Made by a program: the position numbers and the translations under genes. Positions 28,680 through 38,927 of a DNA stretch of 64,000 nt are shown here, piece after piece. The notes under the pieces were generated by a model. The model was not told the origin of the DNA. It ran no database searches and saw only the letters and a program-made list of their open reading frames with translations. The DNA comes from Rhodospirillaceae bacterium (GTDB lineage: Bacteria; Pseudomonadota; Alphaproteobacteria; UBA6615). The number at the start of each line of letters is the position of its first letter. Position 1 is the stretch's first letter. The stretch lies in the NCBI GenBank assembly GCA_018667335.1, contig JABIVD010000015.1:93211-157210 (forward strand), given 5' to 3'.

Positions 28680-29618
28680 CTATCGTCGTATGACGACGGC
28701 GTCGACCCGGTCGGCCGGACCACCTTCGGCTTTAACGCCGAGGGCGCGAACATCCATGCGGGTGCTGCGAACGCCTTGATCGATCAGGTGCGAGCGAACC
28801 TTGAGGGCGCGCGATAGGGACAGGCGACGGGCATCGGGTGCCGTTTCGTCCGTCCCGGCTGCATAGGCCTGGAGCTGGACGCGAATGCCAGTGTCGCTCT
28901 TGAGTTGCGCCGCGAGGGCATCCAATGCGGCCTTTGCCGCATCATTCAGATTTGCTGACCCCGCATCGAAGAGAATACGAGACTCACCCTCTGGTGCAGT
29001 TGCGCTGGGCCGGGATGCCGTTTGCGTTGGCGGCGGCGGTGGTGCGTCAGCCGAGGCCGTGGCGGTCGGTGCTGCCGGCGGGGGTGGCGGTGTAACCTGG
29101 GGTGCTGCGGGCGCCTGCGGCGCGGGCGGCGTTGCCGCCACGGGTGCCGGCGTCGGTTCTGGCGTAGGCGGATTGGCTGGCGCGGCTGCCGCCGGGGCTG
29201 GTTTCGGGGCCTGAACGACCGGTGGTTGCGGTGCTGCGGCGGGCGGAGGTGCCACGGCCGGGGCTGCAGATGCTGTCCGGGTTGTCGGCAGAGATGTACG
29301 GCTGCTCGGAGGTCTGAGGGTCAGGCTGCGATTGGTGAGAGGTCCCTCAAGGCGTGATACCGGACGTTGGGCCGGCGGAAATTGTGCGAACCCGCCGCCG
29401 GTGTTCGGCGCAAACTGACCCCCCGGACCGGTCGGCAGTCGTCCGCCGCCGCCATCGAGCACGCTGAGGTCAATGATCACACCGCTGGTGCTGCCCAAAA
29501 ACCGCTGTTGGGCATCGGCTGGTACCGTCATGATCAGCCCGGTCGAAAAGCCTACGACCGATGCGATCAACGTACTGCGGATGGCCTTCAGGGCCGTATT
29601 TGGTAGTTGCCGTGTCAT
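28680..29618 (-). CDS. Secreted Pro/Ala-rich protein with C-terminal OmpA-like domain
   Basis: Signal-like N-terminus, P/A linker, ILFDAGSANL..RRLSLSRALKVRSHL..DRVD. Confidence 0.8.
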   Translation of the reverse strand: MTRQLPNTALKAIRSTLIASVVGFSTGLIMTVPADAQQRFLGSTSGVIIDLSVLDGGGGRLPTGPGGQFAPNTGGGFAQFPPAQRPVSRLEGPLTNRSLTLRPPSSRTSLPTTRTASAAPAVAPPPAAAPQPPVVQAPKPAPAAAAPANPPTPEPTPAPVAATPPAPQAPAAPQVTPPPPPAAPTATASADAPPPPPTQTASRPSATAPEGESRILFDAGSANLNDAAKAALDALAAQLKSDTGIRVQLQAYAAGTDETAPDARRLSLSRALKVRSHLIDQGVRSTRMDVRALGVKAEGGPADRVDAVVIRR

Positions 29619-29722
29619 ATCGCCCAGCCCGTTATTTTCCCACCGAGGCCAAATCGGCCCTATTGCGGTTGCGAACATACCGTAACGCTAGCGAAATCGA
29701 CAACCGCTTCCGAATCAGGCGT

Positions 29723-30541
29723 TTAACTGGCCGCCGCGCTGGCTGTCGGTCCCGGATCCGCTTCGCGCAAGCATTTGCGCAGCTTTTCTTGGATCTTGTC
29801 GTTGCCGGCGACGACTTCTCCGGTCTTCAACACACTGTCGCGTCCGGAGATGTCGCTGACGAAGCCACCGGCTTCGCGGACAATCAGGATGCCCGCAGCA
29901 ATATCCCAAATTTTGAGATCGAACTCCCAAAATCCATCGAAGCGGCCGGCTGCCAGATAAGCCAAGTCGAGCGCCGCAGACCCGTAGCGCCGGATACCGG
30001 CCACTTCACCGATAACCGCTTTCAGGGTTTCGAGGTAGCGCTCGTGGTCACCATGCCCCAGGAACGGCATGCCCGTGGCGATCAGGCTTTCCGACATATG
30101 TTGGCGAGCCGAGACCCGCAGGCGCGTGTCATTGAGATATGCGCCGGTGCCCCGTTCGGCCCAGAAGAGTTCGTCGGTCAGCGGGTTGTAAACAATACCC
30201 GCGACGATCTGGCCGCGCTCCTCGAGCGCAATGGAGACCGCGAACTGCGGCAGGCCGTGCAGGAAGTTTGTCGTTCCGTCGAGTGGGTCGACGATCCAGC
30301 GGTGAACGCCGTCTCCTTCGGCCTGGGTGCCGCCTTCCTCGCCGAGAAATCCGAATTCAGGGCGTGCGCGCATCAGTTCGTAACGGATGGTCTCCTCGGC
30401 GCGTCGATCGGCGGCGGTTACGAAGTCCGCAGCGCCTTTGCGCGAAACCTGGAGTTGCTCAACTTCGCCGAAGTCGCGTGACAGGTCGCGCCCAGCGCGC
30501 CGGGCGGCCTTGTCCATGACATTGATAATGGCTGGTCGCAT
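29723..30541 (-). CDS. suhB: Inositol monophosphatase family SuhB
   Basis: DFVTAAD, LGEE, WIVDPLDGTTNF, GSAALDL, WDIAAG. Confidence 0.93.
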   Translation of the reverse strand: MRPAIINVMDKAARRAGRDLSRDFGEVEQLQVSRKGAADFVTAADRRAEETIRYELMRARPEFGFLGEEGGTQAEGDGVHRWIVDPLDGTTNFLHGLPQFAVSIALEERGQIVAGIVYNPLTDELFWAERGTGAYLNDTRLRVSARQHMSESLIATGMPFLGHGDHERYLETLKAVIGEVAGIRRYGSAALDLAYLAAGRFDGFWEFDLKIWDIAAGILIVREAGGFVSDISGRDSVLKTGEVVAGNDKIQEKLRKCLREADPGPTASAAAS

Positions 30542-30598
30542 GTCTAGCCGCGTTGGGTGGGGGTGAAAGGGGTCGGATCGAGATGCTGTACCAAATGA

Positions 30599-31168
30599 CT
30601 AGTTCCGGGCGCGTTCGACATAAGTGGCGTCCGCCGTGTTGACGACGACTGCGGTACCCGCCTCGATGTGCGGCGGAACCTGAATCCGGACACCGTTTTC
30701 GAGCGTTGCGGGCTTGTAGGACGACGTTGCCGTCTGTCCCTTGACCACGGGGTCGGCCTCCGTAATCGTCAGCGTCACGCGCTCGGGAAGTGCGACGCCG
30801 AGCGGCTCTTCCTCATATGATTCGATTTGCACGACCATGCCGTCCTGCAGGAAGCGCGTCTGGTCGGGACCGATAATGGCCTCGTCGAGGGTGACCTGCT
30901 CATAGTTTTCCTGGTCCATGAACGTATGGGCCGTGCCGTCGCTGAACAGGTATTGATATTCCTTCTGATCGAGCCGCACCCGCTCGACGGTTTCCGCCGA
31001 CCGAAAGCGTTCGTTCAGCTTGGTCCCGTCGCGAATATCCTTAAGTTCGACCTGCAGAAACGCGCCGCCCTTGCCTGGTTTGACGTGCTGGGTTTTCACC
31101 GCGCGCCAGAGGCGGTTCTGGTGTTCGATCACGTTGCCGGGTCGAATTTCGTTGCCATCGATCTTCAT
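30599..31168 (-). CDS. efp: Elongation factor P
   Basis: [32 protein letters not shown]. Confidence 0.96.
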   Translation of the reverse strand: MKIDGNEIRPGNVIEHQNRLWRAVKTQHVKPGKGGAFLQVELKDIRDGTKLNERFRSAETVERVRLDQKEYQYLFSDGTAHTFMDQENYEQVTLDEAIIGPDQTRFLQDGMVVQIESYEEEPLGVALPERVTLTITEADPVVKGQTATSSYKPATLENGVRIQVPPHIEAGTAVVVNTADATYVERARN

Positions 31169-31267
31169 GGTCTCGGTCGCCTAATGCATGGCGCCTGCGA
31201 AATTGCGCCTGTGGATTGGGTGTGCGGCGCGTCTCTAGCAGGTGCGGCCGACCTTTTCCAGCCCGCG

Positions 31268-31948
31268 CTAGGCACAGGCCGTGTTGAATGCGCGCACGGC
31301 GCCACCCGGGCCTTCGGGGTGCGACCAGACCCCGGCGGACACCGCGAGGAAATCCGCGCCGGCTTCAATCAAGGGTGCGCAATTGTCGACGGTGATACCG
31401 CCGATGGCGACGCACGGCACCTCCGTGACATCGGACCACCATGCGAGGATGTCCCGACCAACTCGGCTTTTGGGGGATTTGGTGCCTGTGTCAAAGAATG
31501 CACCGAACGCAACATAGTCCGCACCGGCCTCTGCCGCCTCGAGCGCGAGGTGCCGGGAATCATGGCAAGTCACGCCGACAATTGCGTCGTCCCCCAGCAA
31601 TCGCCGGGCGTCTGCATAGGAGGCATCCTCCTGGCCGACATGGACGCCGTCGCAGCCAAGTTCAGCGGCGAGGTCGGGCCGGTCGTTCAGGATAAACGCG
31701 ACGTTGTGTTTCTGGGTGATCGGCAGCAATTCACCGACTGCACGGTGGATTTCCGCATCCGGCACGGGTGCTTCGTCGGGCCCCTTGAGGCGCAACTGCA
31801 GGCAAGCGACATCGCCGGCCGAGAGCGCGGCGTCCAGCGTTGTGGCAAACGCCGCCAGCTTCTCCGCGGAGAGATCGGGAGGGCTGATCAGGTAGAGGCG
31901 GCAACCGAGGTCGCCGCCTCCTGTCCCGTCTGTATCGGGCGCGCTCAG
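31268..31948 (-). CDS. thiE: Thiamine-phosphate synthase (probable CTG start)
   Basis: [36 protein letters not shown]. The open frame extends to a CTG overlapping the fbaB stop. Confidence 0.9.
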   Translation of the reverse strand: MSAPDTDGTGGGDLGCRLYLISPPDLSAEKLAAFATTLDAALSAGDVACLQLRLKGPDEAPVPDAEIHRAVGELLPITQKHNVAFILNDRPDLAAELGCDGVHVGQEDASYADARRLLGDDAIVGVTCHDSRHLALEAAEAGADYVAFGAFFDTGTKSPKSRVGRDILAWWSDVTEVPCVAIGGITVDNCAPLIEAGADFLAVSAGVWSHPEGPGGAVRAFNTACA

Positions 31949-32865
31949 AACTTGCCCTGATAAATCTTGATGACGTTGGCAAGCAGTTCAAGCGCATCCT
32001 CGCGGGAGCGCTGGAAACTGTTGCGACCGATGATAGACCCGTTGGCACCGCCATCGCGGAGCTGTCGGATTTCCTCATACACCGCATCTGTTCCCTTGGC
32101 CGCGCCGCCGGAGAAGACCACCAGGCGACGTCCGCCGAAGGAGGATTCCATAACGTGCGCGATGCGGGCGCTGAGGGTCGAGATGTCGATCTTCTCGGCG
32201 TCGTAGACCTTTTGCGCGTCCTCGCTCTCGATGAAGTCGGTCGGCGGTTTCACCTTGATGATGTTCGCGCCGAGCTGTGCAGCCATATGGGCGGCATATG
32301 CGCAGACGTCGATGGCGGTCTCGCCACCCTTGGAGATATCGCCGCCACGTGGATAGGACCAGATCACGACGGCCAGCCCGAGGGATTTGGCTTCGAGGGT
32401 GATCTCGCGAATCTCTTCGATCATTTCGAATTGGTATTCGGAGCCCGGGTAAATCGTGAATCCGACCGCCGAGCAGCCGATGCGCAGCGCATCTTCGACC
32501 GAGCCCGTGATCGCCTGGTCTTTTGTCACGGCGTGCGAGTTGGCCGAGTTGATCTTCAGGATCAGAGGCACCGAGCCGGCGAAGCTGTCCGCCGCCGCTT
32601 CGAGCTGGCCGAGAGGTGCGGCATAGGCGTTGAGGCCGGCATCGATCGCAAGCTGCGGAAAATAGTGTGGATCATAGGCCGGCGGATTGGGCGCGAAGCT
32701 GCGGGCGGGTCCATGTTCCCAGCCCTGATCCACCGGCAGGATCACCATCTTGCCGGTGCCGGCAAGTTTGCCTGACATCAGGATGCGGGCAAGGTTCGTT
32801 TTCGTACCGGGGTTGTCGCTCTCATACCAGGAGAGAATTTTCCGGACGCGCTGCGTGACTTTCAT
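31945..32865 (-). CDS. fbaB: Class I fructose-bisphosphate aldolase (DhnA type)
   Basis: [37 protein letters not shown]. Confidence 0.92.
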   Translation of the reverse strand: MKVTQRVRKILSWYESDNPGTKTNLARILMSGKLAGTGKMVILPVDQGWEHGPARSFAPNPPAYDPHYFPQLAIDAGLNAYAAPLGQLEAAADSFAGSVPLILKINSANSHAVTKDQAITGSVEDALRIGCSAVGFTIYPGSEYQFEMIEEIREITLEAKSLGLAVVIWSYPRGGDISKGGETAIDVCAYAAHMAAQLGANIIKVKPPTDFIESEDAQKVYDAEKIDISTLSARIAHVMESSFGGRRLVVFSGGAAKGTDAVYEEIRQLRDGGANGSIIGRNSFQRSREDALELLANVIKIYQGKF

Positions 32866-32943
32866 GTCGCTGTTTCCCGTTGTCGAAGCCGGTCCATTAC
32901 GCCGCGCAGCCAAGTCACGGGCAGGACTTTGAACACTAGTGAA

Positions 32944-33408
32944 TTAGCCGAGGACGCCCGGTTTTGCAACGCCGTCCGGGGTGTTCGAGAGGTAGAGATA
33001 GCAATCACGCTGTGGATTGTTTGAGTCAGCAAGATCGAGTGCGCCGGCGCGATCAATGCGTAAGACACTGGCATCGCACTGGACCGCGATTTGTGCCACG
33101 CGCGACCAGATCGGTTCCCCAGCATCCAGCGCGATTGCCTGGACTCCCTCGCGCAAGGCGGCGAGCGCCATGCCGGGTTCATCGCCACAATCGAGGATCC
33201 ACTCCGCAGCTTGATCCGGGACATTGGCACCGGCCTGTGTAACCAGTTCGCGCCACCATCCGGCACCGGCCGAGCGCACCGCGCCCATCGCGCTGAGGAT
33301 TGTAATTGGCCGGTTATGCGCCTGTGCGGCGGTCAGGGCGGCGACAGCATGGCTGAATTCATGGACGACGATCGTGGCCGGTGCGCTCTGAGGATTGACT
33401 TCGGCCAT
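32944..33408 (-). CDS. Hypothetical protein
   Basis: Protein-like alpha/beta pattern (IVVH..HAVAAL, LSA, AGAGWW, ILDCGDEPGMALAALREG), co-directional with fbaB. Confidence 0.65.
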   Translation of the reverse strand: MAEVNPQSAPATIVVHEFSHAVAALTAAQAHNRPITILSAMGAVRSAGAGWWRELVTQAGANVPDQAAEWILDCGDEPGMALAALREGVQAIALDAGEPIWSRVAQIAVQCDASVLRIDRAGALDLADSNNPQRDCYLYLSNTPDGVAKPGVLG

Positions 33409-33520
33409 CCGCCGACGATCTCCGGTGTGTGGGGTGCGCACCTAGAGAAATTGCGCGCCTTAGCTGTCGTTCTTATTGGTATGACGCATTGTCGTTGACG
33501 CCAAATGCAATTACAAGAAT

Positions 33521-33537
33521 TGTGCCATCCTGGAACA
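33521..33537. promoter_or_regulatory. Putative LysR autoregulatory box
   Basis: TGTGCC-N5-GGAACA (T-N11-A core), 14 nt before the LysR ATG. Confidence 0.65.
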
Positions 33538-33551
33538 TATAGGGGAATTGA

Positions 33552-34463
33552 ATGGATACGCTGACGTCGATGGAGCTTTTCGTGAAAGCCGTCGAATCCG
33601 GCAGCTTCTCGGCAACGGCTCGGTCGATGAACCTGACCCCGTCCGCCGTGAGCAAGCAGATTTCCCGGCTCGAAGACCGGCTCGGGGCCCGGTTGTTCAA
33701 CCGGACCACCCGCCAGTTGGCGCCGACAGAAGAGGGCCGCGCCTATTATGAGCGCTGCCAGCAGATACTGGCCGATATCCAGGAAGCAGAGGCGGCAGTC
33801 ACGGAATTGAACACCGAGCCGCGCGGGGCCCTGCGGGTGAATATGCCGGTGGTGTTCGGCCGTCGGCATATCGTCCCGATCCTCGGCGAGTTTCTCGAAC
33901 GTCACCCTTTTGTATCAATGGAACTGTCGATGTCCGATCAGTTCGTCGACCCGATCGCGGAAGGTGCCGACATGCTTATCCGTGTCGGCGAACTCAAGGA
34001 TTCAAGCCTGATTGCGCGGAAGCTGGCCGAAGCGCGGCGCGTGGTCGCCGCGACACCCGCCTATTGGGAGAAGAACGGAACGCCCATGAAGCCCGAGGAA
34101 TTGCGGGCCCACAATTGTCTCACCTATTCCTATCTGTCGAGCGGGAACACTTGGCGCATGACGGATTCCAAGGGCAAGGAACATGTGATCCAGGCGACAG
34201 GCAATCTCGCATCGAACAATGGCGAGGCGCTGCTTGAGGCTGCCGTCGAGGGGCTCGGTGTGGTCAATCTGCCGACCTGGATGGTCGGGCCGGATCTGGA
34301 ATCCGGGCGCCTGACCGAGGTGCTGGACGAATATGCCCAGCCCGAGCCGTCGGTGCATGTCATCTATCCGCCGGGCCGGCATCTGTCGGCCAAGGTGCGC
34401 GCGTTCGTCGATTTCCTGGCCGGGCATTTCAAGGAACGCCCGCTTGGCACCGCCACCAAATAG
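33552..34463 (+). CDS. LysR-type regulator (CrgA-like)
   Basis: GSFSATA..PSAVSKQISRLEDRLGARLFNRTTR..TEEG, KVRAFVDFL. Confidence 0.95.
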   Translation: MDTLTSMELFVKAVESGSFSATARSMNLTPSAVSKQISRLEDRLGARLFNRTTRQLAPTEEGRAYYERCQQILADIQEAEAAVTELNTEPRGALRVNMPVVFGRRHIVPILGEFLERHPFVSMELSMSDQFVDPIAEGADMLIRVGELKDSSLIARKLAEARRVVAATPAYWEKNGTPMKPEELRAHNCLTYSYLSSGNTWRMTDSKGKEHVIQATGNLASNNGEALLEAAVEGLGVVNLPTWMVGPDLESGRLTEVLDEYAQPEPSVHVIYPPGRHLSAKVRAFVDFLAGHFKERPLGTATK

Positions 34464-34483
34464 CGGGCCGGATATCCCCGCAT

Positions 34484-34575
34484 AAAAAAGAACGGCCCGG
34501 GCAGGGCCCGGGCCGAAGGTAAGATCGTTTCAGGGAGGAACCGATCAGAATGCCGTGCCGACAGCGCGCCGGCGT
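34484..34575 (-). ncRNA. Candidate sRNA with UUCCUCCCU anti-SD loop
   Basis: Hairpin GCCGGC-GCGCT-GTCGGC, hairpin GATCG-GTTCCTCCCTGAAA-CGATC, terminator CGGCCCGGGC-CCT-GCCCGGGCCG-TTCTTTTTT, and a -10-like CATAGT at 34585-34580. Confidence 0.72.
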
Positions 34576-34620
34576 ACCGACTATGTAGGGTGTGCTGACC
34601 CGAGGTAAAATGGGCACAAA

Positions 34621-34660
34621 AAGAAACCCACATGTTCCAAAAAGGAACACATGGGTTCTT
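34621..34660 (-). terminator. Possible gap terminator overlapping the LysR box
   Basis: Imperfect hairpin followed by TTTCTTTTT on the minus strand. Confidence 0.5.
34633..34649. promoter_or_regulatory. Perfect palindromic LysR-type box upstream of the sRNA
   Basis: TGTTCC-AAAAA-GGAACA, matching the box at 33521. Confidence 0.7.
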
Positions 34661-34713
34661 GAAATCCGTCCGCCGCCAATTGCGACGGGATAATAATCCG
34701 AAATATCAGATGG

Positions 34714-35739
34714 TTAGACGAGGCGTCCCATCTGGACCGCGGTGTCGCTCATGCGGTTCGAGAAGCCCCATTCATTGTCGTACCAGCTCAGAATGCGGAC
34801 CATACGGCCGTCCGTGACTTGCGTCTGGGTCAGGTCGAACACCGAACTGGCCGGATCATGGTTGAAGTCCGACGAGACCAGCGGCGCGCTGTTGACCGTG
34901 AGGATGCCCTTCATGGGGCCTTTCTCGGCTGCCTTGATCATCGCTGCGTTCACCGCCTCAACGGTCGTGGCCTTCTTGGCCTCGATGACCAGATCGACCA
35001 TCGAAACGTTTGCGGTCGGCACGCGCACCGCGGTGCCGTCGATCTTGCCCGCCAGTTCCGGTAGCACGAGGCCGACCGCACGGGCAGCACCCGTTGACGT
35101 CGGGATGATCGACATCGCGGCCGCGCGGGCCCGGTGCAGATCCTTGTGCATCGTGTCCTGTACCGGCTGGTCGCCGGTATAGGCGTGCACCGTGGTCATG
35201 AATCCACGTTTGATGCCGACGGTCTTGTCGAGGATGGCCGCGACCGGCGACAGGCAGTTGGTCGTGCAGGATGCGTTGGAGACGACCGTGTGCGACTTGC
35301 GCAACTTCTTGTCATTGACGCCCTGCACAATTGTCAGGTCGGCGTTGGTCGCGGGCGCCGAGATCAGCACCTTCTTCGCGCCGGCCTGGATATGGGCGCC
35401 GGCGGATTCTTTGGATGTGAAGATGCCGGTGCATTCCAGGACCACGTCGATGTCCAGATCGCCCCAGGGCAGATCGGCGGGGTTGCGTTCGGCGAACACT
35501 TTGACCGAGCGGCCAATGGTCGACTTGGCGCCCAGATTGATCGACGACTTGCCCGCTTTCACGATGCCGGGGAAACGGCCGTGGATGGAATCATACTGCA
35601 GCAAATGTGCGTTCACATCGACCGAACCCAGATCGTTAATCGCCACGAAGGTGATGTCCTTGCGACCGGCCTCATACGCCGCCCGCATCACCAGGCGCCC
35701 AATTCGCCCGAACCCGTTGATTGCTACCCGAATCGCCAT
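34714..35739 (-). CDS. gap: Type I glyceraldehyde-3-phosphate dehydrogenase
   Basis: [34 protein letters not shown]. Confidence 0.97.
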   Translation of the reverse strand: MAIRVAINGFGRIGRLVMRAAYEAGRKDITFVAINDLGSVDVNAHLLQYDSIHGRFPGIVKAGKSSINLGAKSTIGRSVKVFAERNPADLPWGDLDIDVVLECTGIFTSKESAGAHIQAGAKKVLISAPATNADLTIVQGVNDKKLRKSHTVVSNASCTTNCLSPVAAILDKTVGIKRGFMTTVHAYTGDQPVQDTMHKDLHRARAAAMSIIPTSTGAARAVGLVLPELAGKIDGTAVRVPTANVSMVDLVIEAKKATTVEAVNAAMIKAAEKGPMKGILTVNSAPLVSSDFNHDPASSVFDLTQTQVTDGRMVRILSWYDNEWGFSNRMSDTAVQMGRLV

Positions 35740-35799
35740 CACCTTCTCCTCGTGTTCAAAATTAGATCGTCTTCTGATCGGCGCGCGTCCACCCGTGGG

Positions 35800-37806
35800 T
35801 CAGGACATCGCCCCCTTAACGCGGGCAGCAACGGCTTCCGCGGTTATTCCAAAATGCGCATAAACCTCAGGCGCCGGCGCGGACGCGCCGAAGCTGCGCA
35901 TGCCCACCACATCGGCCTCGGCCACGCCATAGCGTGACCATCCGAAGGTGACGCCGGCCTCGACCGCGACGCGGACGCAGTCGTCAGCGCCGAGTGTCTC
36001 GGCCTGATAGGCCGCGTCCTGTGCGTCGAACAATTCCCAGCAGGGCATGGACACCACAGCCGTCGGGATCCCGTCGGCCTGCAGCGCGTCGCGCGCCGCC
36101 ATTGCGATCTCGACTTCCGAGCCGGTCGCCAGGATCGTTGCCGCACGTTCCCCGTCAGACGGTGCAAGAACATAGGCACCACGTGCGCTCAGATTGTCGT
36201 CTGTGTGTTCGTTTCGCACGGTCGGAAGCCCTTGGCGGGTCAGCGCCAGAACCGACGGCGTGCCGGTGCTCTGCAGAGCCAGCGCCCAGCACTCGGCGGT
36301 CTCGACCGCATCGGCCGGTCGGTAGACGTTGACGTTCGGCATGGCCCGCAGGCTTGCAACATGTTCAATCGGCTGATGGGTGGGGCCGTCCTCGCCCAGG
36401 CCGATCGAGTCATGGGTCATGACATAGATCACCCGCAATCCCATTAGCGCCGACAGGCGGATCGAAGGGCGGCAATAATCCGTGAAGGTCAGAAAGGTGC
36501 CCGAATAGGGAATGAAGCCGCCGTGCAAGGCCATGCCGTTCATCGCGGCGGCCATGCCGTGTTCGCGCACACCGTAATACATATAACGCCCGTCGAAGGC
36601 GCCGGCCTGAACCGGATCCATACAGGCGGTCTTGGTGTTGTTCGAGCCGGTCAGGTCGGCCGATCCGCCGATCATGGTCTCGACCATCGGAGTGATGACC
36701 TCGAGCGCTTCCTGGCTCGATTTGCGGGTCGCCCATTTCGGCGCGTCGGCTGAAAGCTGTTTCTTGTAAGCGTTGACGGTCGCGTCGAATTCATCGGGCA
36801 ACGTCCCCGCGACGGCATTGTCAAAGGCCTGGCGTCGGTCCGCCGGCAGCGCATCATGGCGCTCGGTCCAGGCGGCGCGATCGGCTTGGCCGCGCGCACC
36901 GGCTGCACGCCATTCGTCGAGGATATCTGCTGGCACCTCGAACGGTGCGTGGTTCCAGCCAAGCTGCGCGCGGGTGGCGGCAATCTCGTCATCGCCCAGC
37001 GGCGCGCCATGGGTTGCCGACGTGCCCTGCTTGTTGGGTGAGCCGTAGCCGATGATCGTGCGGCATGCGATCAGGGACGGTTTGTCGCTGGCCTTCGCCG
37101 CCGTGAGGGCGGCATCGATTGCCGCGGGGTCATGCCCGTCAATGCGGGCGACGTCCCAGCCGCTGGCGGCGAACCGACCGAGCTGGTCGTCCGACACCGA
37201 AAGGTCGGTGCCGCCGTCGATCGAAATATCATTGTCGTCGAACAACACGATCAGGCGCGAGAGATTGAGGTGGCCAGCCAGCGAGATGGCCTCGTGGCTG
37301 ATGCCTTCCATCAGGCAACCGTCACCGGCAAACACATAAGTGTGGTGGTCGACGATGTCGTCGCCGTAGCGGGCGTTCATCAGGCGTTCTGCGAGCGCCA
37401 TGCCGACGGCGTTGCCGATGCCCTGGCCGAGCGGGCCCGTGGTCGTCTCCACACCCGCAGCATGTCCGTATTCGGGGTGCCCCGGGGTGCGGCTGCCGAG
37501 CTGCCGGAAATTCTTGATCTCGTCGATTGTCATATCCGGCGAGCCCGTGAGGTACAGCAGCGAATAGAGCAGCATGGATGCGTGCCCGTTCGACAGGACG
37601 AAACGGTCGCGATCGGGCCAGTCGGGGTTTGCGGCATCGAATTTGAGATGGCGGGTGTAAAGCACGGTTGCCATGTCGGCCATGCCCATCGGGGCACCGG
37701 GGTGACCGGAGTTGGCGGCTTGCACCGCGTCCATCGATAGGGCCCGGATGGCATTTGCCAGTTGCGCGTGGGCGCTGTTGGCGGCTTCGGATGCGACATT
37801 GTTCAT
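35800..37806 (-). CDS. tkt: Transketolase
   Basis: [41 protein letters not shown]. Confidence 0.97.
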   Translation of the reverse strand: MNNVASEAANSAHAQLANAIRALSMDAVQAANSGHPGAPMGMADMATVLYTRHLKFDAANPDWPDRDRFVLSNGHASMLLYSLLYLTGSPDMTIDEIKNFRQLGSRTPGHPEYGHAAGVETTTGPLGQGIGNAVGMALAERLMNARYGDDIVDHHTYVFAGDGCLMEGISHEAISLAGHLNLSRLIVLFDDNDISIDGGTDLSVSDDQLGRFAASGWDVARIDGHDPAAIDAALTAAKASDKPSLIACRTIIGYGSPNKQGTSATHGAPLGDDEIAATRAQLGWNHAPFEVPADILDEWRAAGARGQADRAAWTERHDALPADRRQAFDNAVAGTLPDEFDATVNAYKKQLSADAPKWATRKSSQEALEVITPMVETMIGGSADLTGSNNTKTACMDPVQAGAFDGRYMYYGVREHGMAAAMNGMALHGGFIPYSGTFLTFTDYCRPSIRLSALMGLRVIYVMTHDSIGLGEDGPTHQPIEHVASLRAMPNVNVYRPADAVETAECWALALQSTGTPSVLALTRQGLPTVRNEHTDDNLSARGAYVLAPSDGERAATILATGSEVEIAMAARDALQADGIPTAVVSMPCWELFDAQDAAYQAETLGADDCVRVAVEAGVTFGWSRYGVAEADVVGMRSFGASAPAPEVYAHFGITAEAVAARVKGAMS

Positions 37807-38018
37807 GTTTTTTAGGCGCCTTCGGACACGGCGAATGATGGGGATTGCGGCAAATGCCGCGCTGGAGCACGCGGCGGCAACATGCCGGTCCCCCCGCGGG
37901 CCGTCAACGCCTACTTCTGCGGGTTTTCCACCGCGGATTCACAGGGGTTTCGAGACCCCCCTCCTGTTGACCGTGCGACTCGCGCCCGCGTACGATGCGC
38001 ACGGTTGGAGACAAGGTC

Positions 38019-38261
38019 ATGTCAAAACTCAATGATGCGAACGAACGCCTCGATGCGGCGCTGGCGCGGCTTGAAGTCGCCGTCACGACGCGTCGTCAGG
38101 ATGATGGTCAGGCTGCCGGAGCTGCCGATGACAATCGGCGCCTGCAAGGTGAGCTCACGCAATTGCGCGCGGATTTCGTAACGTTGAAGGAGACTTCCGG
38201 CACGGTTTCGAGCCGCCTGGACGACGCGATTGGCCGTTTGCGACACATGCTCGCGGAATAG
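38019..38261 (+). CDS. Coiled-coil protein upstream of zapA (DUF4164/ZauP-like)
   Basis: RLDAALARLE..VSSRLDDAIGRLR, located upstream of zapA, with GGAG SD. Confidence 0.75.
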   Translation: MSKLNDANERLDAALARLEVAVTTRRQDDGQAAGAADDNRRLQGELTQLRADFVTLKETSGTVSSRLDDAIGRLRHMLAE

Positions 38262-38273
38262 CAGGGATACGAA

Positions 38274-38615
38274 GTGGCACAGGTCGAAATCAAAATTAAC
38301 GGGCGGGATTATCGCATAGCGTGCGAGGACGGCCAGGAATCCCATCTTTCGAATCTGGCCAAATACCTCGACGGCAAGGTGAATGAACTCGTCGAGGAAG
38401 TCGGCCAGATCGGCGACACCAGCCTGATGGTCATGGCGGGCCTGCTGATCACAGACGAGCTGTCCGATACGCGCGATGAACTCGAAGAGGCGCGCAACGA
38501 GACCGCGCGTGAAACCCAGTCGGCGGTCGACACGACCGAAGAGCGCGTCGCCGCTCAGGTCGATGCGTTGTCCGAACGGGTCGAAAAACTCGCCGAACTT
38601 CTCGCCACCGAGTAG
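38274..38615 (+). CDS. zapA: Cell division protein ZapA
   Basis: VEIKINGRDYRIACEDGQE..LMVMAGLLITDEL. Confidence 0.92.
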   Translation: MAQVEIKINGRDYRIACEDGQESHLSNLAKYLDGKVNELVEEVGQIGDTSLMVMAGLLITDELSDTRDELEEARNETARETQSAVDTTEERVAAQVDALSERVEKLAELLATE

Positions 38616-38703
38616 ACCGGCGGCTGACGATTTCGTGCAGCACGGATGCAGGTATGGTTGCGGCCGTAGTTGCAGATGGGGCGGTGCGAGCCTACGTTCA
38701 TAG

Positions 38704-38873
38704 ATGGACGGTTTGCTGGGTGTCGCGTCAGGCGGCAATTAGTCCCGGAGACCTTACTAATCCACTAGGGAGCTGTCCCTGGCGGGATCGAGGTCCTGTT
38801 ATTACGGCACCCACCTGCATGTAGCAGGTCTCGGTGGACTTCCCGTTCGTCGACCTTCACTTGGCACCGTCCA
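38704..38873 (+). ncRNA. ssrS: 6S RNA
   Basis: Between zapA and ygfA. Long closing stem (TGGACGG/CCGTCCA, GAGACCT/AGGTCTC) and alphaproteobacterial-type GGGAGCTGTCCCTG and CCCACCT elements. Confidence 0.88.
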
Positions 38874-38927
38874 CTTCCATCCTGCCCTCCACTCCACTTC
38901 TATTCTTCTCATTGAAAGGCGAACCCG

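Noticed and set aside
30599-31168. efp without adjacent epmA/epmB
   Set aside because: The modification genes are often encoded elsewhere, so this cannot be judged from one window.
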